A stretch of 64,000 nucleotides of DNA. It comes from Ptychomitrium polyphyllum. Its lineage: Eukaryota. The notes under the pieces are model-generated. The model was given only the letters and a program-made list of their open reading frames with translations, searched no databases and was not told the origin of the DNA. Made by a program: the position numbers and the translations under genes. Numbering within the stretch: the first letter of the stretch is position 1; each line of letters opens with the position of its first letter. The stretch covers positions 8,308,001 to 8,372,000 of the forward strand of contig OZ316775.1 in assembly GCA_973851085.1 (NCBI GenBank). Direction: 5' to 3'. Shown here piece after piece: positions 56,184 through 64,000 of the stretch.

Positions 56184-59100
56184 ACATGACTTATGAATAA
56201 AATATTACAATTGAATTATACCACATTATATCTTATTTTTTTCTAAAATATTTTAATTTATAAAATTAAAATATTTTAATTTATAAAATAAATCTATTTT
56301 ATATTTTATTGCATATTGTTTAGAATTTTTTGAAAAGGAAACTTTCATAGCCATTGTTCAATGAATGATGAAATGTATTTAAACCTCTATCAAAGTTTAT
56401 TGATTTGTCAAAAAATACATATCAATACAATATTTAGTATAATTTTGTAAGTTATTCAATGCTTAATTGATTACATTAATTCAAGAAATATGATACTCTT
56501 GCAATTTGTGGGTAGTTATATGGTACAATATTCTTCTTAATTATTAAAATAATAATGCATTGTCTAATAAGGTTTGCATTTAAAATTTATAAATATCTTT
56601 TTTCTAAATATAGTAAAATTATATGACAATGCATTTGTATTATAAAAAAAAGTTTAACTAGAGAGAATTGAAGTATATCCAATTTAAAGCAACGCTCTTT
56701 GTTATTTTGAAGATTTATATTTAAAAGTAAGAATTTTAAAAAATTCACTAATAATTACAAAAATTTGAAAGTTTAATGAAAGTTTCATTATGTATAATAA
56801 ACAAGATTTCTTTCCTCTATATAATTTATAAATTTCGAGAATATACTTATAAGGTCTTATGGTTATTCCTTTAAACTATAAAATATTTTATTTATGTGAT
56901 AAGCTCCTATCAAATACTCTATTATTGTATGTGTTTCTTATTTAAGAGTATAAGTGTTCCTTGAGGATTCTAAAAATCTTATAATACAACTTTTTTTTGT
57001 AGGTAAATCCAATGTTAACATATTAAAAAAAAACTTTGAATTTTCTACAACTATAATAATTAATCATGTTTTGATTATATATACTTTGTTAAAAATAAAA
57101 ACCAAATAAGTACTTTTTATTTCTTTATAATAAATTTTGTCATTCTATTTGGATTTAGGCATGTCCATTTTTCATATATTTCATAGGTGCATAGACTTAT
57201 AAGCCAATATTGTAATTAAAAATTACAATATTTTTAAAGATTCAAGAATTTTATAATTACAAATAAGAGTTATTTATAAGAACATATTAAGGGAAAATCA
57301 ACCTTGTGAGAGCTCAAAACTCAACTATTGTTTTGTATTTTTTATTTTAAGAAGAGTTTCAATTATTCCATGGCCATTTGCATTTACAATTGTTTTTGAT
57401 TGTTTTAGAACCATGTAATGTTTACATTTCATATTAATGGTTATTGAATATAGACAAATTTTAGATTATTTAAAATTTGTAATTCAATTAAAAATGACAT
57501 GTTAAATTATGTGAAGGTAGGCCTTGCAATACTTGACATAAATGTATCAATCCATTGAAGATGTATATCCATAAGTATATAGCTATATATTTATATTTAG
57601 AATTGTATATGTAATTTGTTTCTAGATTTGTTTGTTTTTATCTTTTTATGCATTTTTTGTTTTATTTCATTTTAACATACAATATTATGTTCACATGTTG
57701 AAAAAAATGCATGTTTACAATATGCATGTAGATTGTAAATTTAAATATAGTGATGGTTTTAAATATGTTAGCTTTTTATTCTACATAAATTAATAATTCA
57801 CTATATATAATAAGTTAAGGTATTTAATGACTTCATATATCCATTGCATTTAAATCTTTCATAAACTTGAAGTTTAAATATTGTTCTAATACCTTGTACT
57901 TTAAATGAAATATGTGCATTTTCGTAATCATCTTTAGGTTCTTACATCTTAAAATACTAAACTTATAGTATTAAATTCAACTATATATAAGGTTCAAAAG
58001 CTTGATACCATACTAAACAAAAGATATTGCTTATAACATGTTTTTACATGTTCTTGTTGTGCATTTTTCTATATAATATGTCTTGACAAATTTCGTTGTC
58101 AATGAAGAGGATTCAATTTACTTAGAGTTATATTTCAAAGATTTGTAAATTTTGAATTCTTAGTCAAATAAAATATAATTTTTTTATAAACTTCATTCTA
58201 AATTTGTCTATTTTATAAAACAATTTATGATATTATCATGATTTATTCCAAATCTCAAAAGACGAATGTCTAAATGGTTATACTTTCTTATAGCCATATT
58301 CATGTAGAATAGGTTTTTACATGATTTATGGATTTAAATTAATTATTTAATGCAATATTAAATATATAACTATTATATATTATATTTCGAAAAATAAAAT
58401 AAAAAATAAAAAATAAAGTTTATTATAAAAAAATATTTCATCTTAATTCAAACAAAATTATAAATAATAAAAACTTAAATTTTTTAATAAAATATGAATA
58501 ACTTCTTAAGAAATTTACTTCATGTTGCAAGTAAATTTGCTTTGTGATCTTTGTTGAAAAGTATTTTTGATATATTATGTAATTATTCTGGTACGTTTTC
58601 TAAAGTAAATTAATAGAACATCTGTGATTCATTAATAGTGTGGAGATTGGTGAAACCTTAATATTTAATAGCATATTGAGAAATTTGACATCTTATTTTT
58701 ATTAATATGATGAGAGAACTATGAATTCTTTATTGCATACAACTTCCAAAGTCTTTGTTTTTACATCAGTATCAAAATATGAAGACTAATTTTATAATTT
58801 TCAGTTCTCAAATTTCAAATTAGAGATTTCAAATATGTACATTATTTTTGAATTATTTCTTATTAAAATATTTAGTATATTTAAAGTTGCCACATGTTTA
58901 AAACTGACAAATATATCATTAATTTTATTTTATTACAACAACAACTTGAAAGAAACTAACTTTACTAAAGTGGAAAAGGACTTTTAAGCTGATATATGTT
59001 CTTCATAGACTAATTCTTCAGAAAAATTCTACTGCCGAGTTTTTACATTTCTAATTTAGTCATTTTAAAAACCTTTCATATATTTATTTTATTTCATATA

Positions 59101-62100
59101 AATTAAATTTTTATAGTAATTTCGGCTAGTTTAAAATAAAAAGATAATAAGTTGAACTTTGAAACTTAAACTTCAGTAATATAACATGTAAATTCAACAA
59201 GATTTTAGTATTTCACAATCCTGGGTATTTTCAATGTATTAAATATTAAACATCAAATGACAATAAGATATGGGACTTCCAACATGGTAGGCAAGAAAGG
59301 ACTATGAAAAAACTCGTTGGAATGGATCATGCAGAGAATGAGGCCTTAAAGCTGAGTAATATAATTATAAAGGTAGTAGGCAAAACATGTGTTTGAACAA
59401 AGATTTGTGCATAAATTATCAAATAGTGTAAAACATAATAATTACTTAGAATAAATCCCCAATTTGAAATTTATATGTATAAAATCATATACCATTGAAT
59501 ATTGCAAAAATATTAAATATTTACATCCAATCATCCTAGAAAGCATTATATATGTGAAGCTCAAAATTAATGTGGTTCAATATCTACAATTAAATTTGAA
59601 TATGTAATTGTACCTTATGATTTGTAATGTGTCACTGCATACGTCAATAATAATAAAAGTCAATTTTTTTTAAATTATTTTATAAGTAGAATTGGATTGT
59701 TTTGTCATTTTTTTCAACATAATTTCTATATATGAATTGAGTAGCTTTATAGTAATTGTATGAATTCCAATGTTGTCTAATGTGCAATTAATTAATACTA
59801 CAATGCATGTAGCACTATCCATAAAATATTTTGTTGTATTGATATTTTCAAAAAGAATCACCAACAAATGTACAACTACTTCCTTAAGTAAATAATTTTT
59901 ATACACATTGACCAAATTAATTAATTCACTAGCATTCTAAACATTGCTATTGATATCCAAATTTCTTATTTTAGATATATTAAATAAGTTTGATGTCATT
60001 ATTTGATTTAAAGTATTCAAGTCTTTGAAATGCAAATATATTATAGGTGTATCAATGTTTAGGTCAAATGCCATCATTTCAAGTGAACACACATAAGGAA
60101 AGAAATATCTATCAACTTTCTTTTGTGTTAGCTTTTAACTTCATATGCAATTTTTAAATTCCAAACATTAAGAATTATAATTATGTTGAAGTAAGGCTTT
60201 CAAAAACCAGTGTTGATGATTCAATCAGAAAGGAAGATTTCTTAATATTGCTTAGCTCACATATTCTACTAGCTTCAAGTAAAATGAAGAATATCATCAA
60301 TACGCAATAAAATCTTTGAATAAAAAAAATTGTTGTTTTTGGCAACACTTTTTTGGAAGCATAAATATGATGCATTTAACACCTTATTTTTCATCATCCA
60401 CATTTTATTTATATATCCAAATTGATATTTAAAATTGATCATCCACAATTATTGTAGAATTTGCTATACTATTGGGCATCATACATGTTGTAGTTATTTA
60501 ATAAAAAGGTATTTCCACTACTAGGATTCATTTTTAAAAATGACTTTTCCAATTGTTCTTTCAAATTGTCAAAAATAAAGATTTGCTCTTTGATCAACTT
60601 TGGAATTTGCTTAAGGTTTGCACACTAAATGAAAAGCCATGGCCATGGTAAAAATCCAAATTCAAACATTGTTTGTTTAAAGTTTACTTTTGTGCATCTA
60701 AATACACATTAAAAAAATCTTGTTACAACAAACGTGACTAAAAGAAAGCACTTGGACTAGGCCACATTGGGCATGGAAACACCAATTCACCCAATTCAAA
60801 ATTAAAACCTACATCTTTTTACTAGAAGTGCTATTAACTTGGTTTCTTTTCCTTTCATTAATTTTTTTTTTTCCCTTTTCTTTTCATTTTGTAACATTTG
60901 CAAAATTATACATTTTTTAACCTGCAATTTTTTTTAAAGACACTGTTAATAGTACTTCTATTTTTTCATTTATTTTGTTTTATCCATTTGGTTCATTTGC
61001 TTATCCATTTCATATAACAAGGTGTAAAATGACAGATTGTTTCTATTATTATACCCCACAAAAGTTCCTATTGCCTATATTACTTGCTTGCCATGTTGAT
61101 TAGAAGGTCACTCTCATCATACCACAAGAGTGGTCATTCTTTACCATGCTGGCTAGAGTGGATTGAATACAAATTTATTTGACCTAGAAGGGCTCTTCTG
61201 AATTTGGAATAAGGCAAAAGCTTTCATCTCGTTTTGACATAATAAGCACATAGCAAGGTTGTTCAAAAATAATTCTAAACAATAGAAATTAAGAAACTGG
61301 AAATTGTGAGGATGAGAAAATGAATGCAGAATATATAATTTTAACCATGTTTTATAAATTTTTCTAATTAAGGAAGTTTGCAGGGGTAAATTATATTTTA
61401 AGAAAACTTACATATCAAATGGCTCTTGGAGTTGAACACAAACACTATATGCACCAAAACTCACAATGCATGCTAGATCAATGAGGAGTTATTTATGGAC
61501 TTCAAGGTCTCTAAAACATCAACATGTACGAGTCTTGAAGAACCCTAAACATGAAAATCACCAGCTTGCTGATGTACTGTGGCAATGCACTACATAGAAG
61601 TACAGCATGAATCTCATACACTATAGACTGAAAAAACACCCAATGTGGTTCTGCAGACTTGGAATTGAAATCCGGTTCTGCAAATCAAAGCAAAGCAAAT
61701 CCATTTGTAAGTAGAAGTGGGCATAATCACATGCAGCAACAACTTGCAACATAATTGACCCATTCCATTATAAAAGTCAGCAATGAAAATGAATCAGAGT
61801 ACAAAATCATCAACGGGCCCGCACAACACTCTACTATGCTGCCATGTTGTTGACTTACCATTCTAAAAGACTCAAAATATTCTTGACAGGCCCATCAACT
61901 GTGCTTTTTGAATTTACATTATTCTAAGTAATTATCAAATGATCATTAGGACTTCTTAAATTACAATGTTTCTTGTATGTAGTTGTTGGATTGAGAACAA
62001 GGGCGTGAATAATGATCATTTTGAAGAGCACTTTAAATGAACAGCCACATATTAATACAACAAAGCAAAACAAACAGCTTTATACACTTGTCCCCTTGCT

Positions 62101-62368
62101 GGAGCAAGTGTGCTTTTGTGCTGCAACCATGGTTGTGACATCATTTACATCCATTGTTTTGCATGCTCAAACAAGTGCTTCACAAAAAATTATCCTAAAA
62201 TGTTAAACAACTATGGTTTTGGTTGCTCATAACTGCAAATTGCAAATTGTGACAAATAAAAGCTTTTTCCTTCCTTTGCAAAGCAACCCTTGATGAACCA
62301 CACCTACAACTTTCATGTCATGTTTTACCTTTCAAACTCTCTTTAGTAATTCCTCGCACATCCATCCT

Positions 62369-62752
62369 TGTTATTACGGACATATATATTAGAAACATTT
62401 GTAAAGGTTCTTATAAGGTTTGGAAAGCTTCCAAAAAGAAGTTACCTTGTGCTAGGAAACTTCCAAGGAAGTAATTTGAGGTTGCTTGAGTACAAAGCAA
62501 GCTTCTCAAGAAACTTCCAAGGTTTGTAATTTTAGTATATATAGGAGTCAAGACTGAAAGGATATTGAGTCGAGACAGTGCATCTCTTGGAATCTAGCTC
62601 AGACCCTTCTGGCCTTGTCTTTGTACTTTGATATATTTTTAAATTTCTATTATACCTTGGACATATAGTGGTCCACATTTTGAAATCTTGAAGCCTTGTC
62701 TTGTCGTTACTCTGTTTGTAATACTTGTTGCTATATTCACGGGTTATAAACA
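62369..62752. mobile_element. Possible degenerate solo LTR
   Basis: Less AT-rich island starting TGTTAT and ending TAAACA, with recurring GAAA(G)CTTCCAA motifs and a TATATATAGGAG box. No matching target-site duplication, so support is weak. Confidence 0.25.
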
Positions 62753-64000
62753 TTAATCTACTTAAACTATAATTACAATATGCATCTTCTTGATGGACCT
62801 TCCTACTTTGAATTTGTATTATTCATGCATCTAAATTTGGATTTTGAATTAATATCATATTCAAGTTACTTCTAAATTATATATATTTATTTACATCCAT
62901 TATATTCTTCTTTGAGTTTGCACTTTTTCCTTAATTTTTGGATTGTTTATGCAATATATAAACATTTCAATTTTTTAAAAGCAATAATTTGAAATGATAG
63001 TTTACCAAAATTATAACTTCCTTAGTTTGAAACTCCATTGTTTGAAGATGTAATCTATAAAATGAATTGTTTCAAAATTTAAAAAATTCAATCTTAAAAA
63101 TTTATTGTTTTAAATCCATTAGAAGAATATCCAATCAAAGATTTTTAATGTTTTTACTACTATTGAAATTCCAAAAGGAATTTTAAAATTTTTACTTTAA
63201 AATTATTTAAACATATTGATAATAGAAAACAATAATCCAATTTATATGCATGATTCTAAATTATAGTTTACTAAACTTGTTTTTGCATGTCAACCAAAAT
63301 TGACATTGAAGTTGAATTTTATAGCATATCTCCACAAAATACCAAAATTTGAATCAATGACTTATAAATTCAAATTGGATAATGAAAATTGTTTCAATTT
63401 AAAGAAAATTGATTACATTATATTCATTAGCAAGCCTACTAATTTTTTTAGAATATATATGAATTAAGCATTAAGATTTCAATTTTGAAACTTTATGATA
63501 TATTCATGTAGTGCCCAAAAAATACATTATTAAGTGCTTTGGATTTTATTTTTCTTGCAAATTGGATCTAATTAAAATTTACAATTTGTTGATAACAACC
63601 ATGTTCAAGTATTTTAGAATCATGATTATGGATGTATGCTATCCAAATGTTGACCACTTCACTTGCTAACAAATTGTTAAGTAAGTTTTATGTTGATTGC
63701 ACAATCAATTTCCATGCTCTACAATTTTGTCCAACTTGAGTTTGGATATAAAAGCATCATATGTGATAATCTTTGAATTTTCATTCTGAATTCATCTTAA
63801 ATTATTTCTCCTATCACTGCTATTTGTAAATTCAATTCTTTACTCACTCAAAGATATGGAATTTGATTTGTTACAAGAATACTTTCAATTATAAATTCTA
63901 AGTGAATTGGTTAAAGGATGAATAAAACTTCATCATGTGCTCCAATAATAAACACAAATGAAGTGAACAAGGGAGTGAAATCATAAATAACGTACTAGGT

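Overview
This is intron-containing land-plant nuclear DNA with GT-AG introns and gene islands separated by very AT-rich spacers. Gene content and style suggest a moss such as Physcomitrium, which is my inference. By manual splicing I support these genes: flotillin (+), an Alba-domain protein (+), plastid acetylornithine aminotransferase (+), plastid KAS II (+), an OSCA/CSC1 channel (-), an 8-cysteine-motif LTP-like protein (+) and an arabinogalactan peptide (-). Two observations stand out. First, the ORF track misses a head-to-head pair of paralogous, two-exon, 85-aa, very basic microprotein genes (33026-33463 on -, 36643-37095 on +); their spacer carries ABRE motifs and an 11-bp-phased CGTAC array, and I do not recognise the family. 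Second, the OSCA channel has a ~680-aa terminal exon with repeated IQ-like motifs overlapping LxRxxS kinase motifs. Also present are a phased GCCGAC (DRE/CRT core) array upstream of flotillin, a ~200-bp-arm inverted repeat, and a triplicated 5'UTR splice-donor unit in KAS II. The region 53.6-64 kb is mostly AT-rich with no gene I can support. All exon coordinates were read by eye and no database search was possible.
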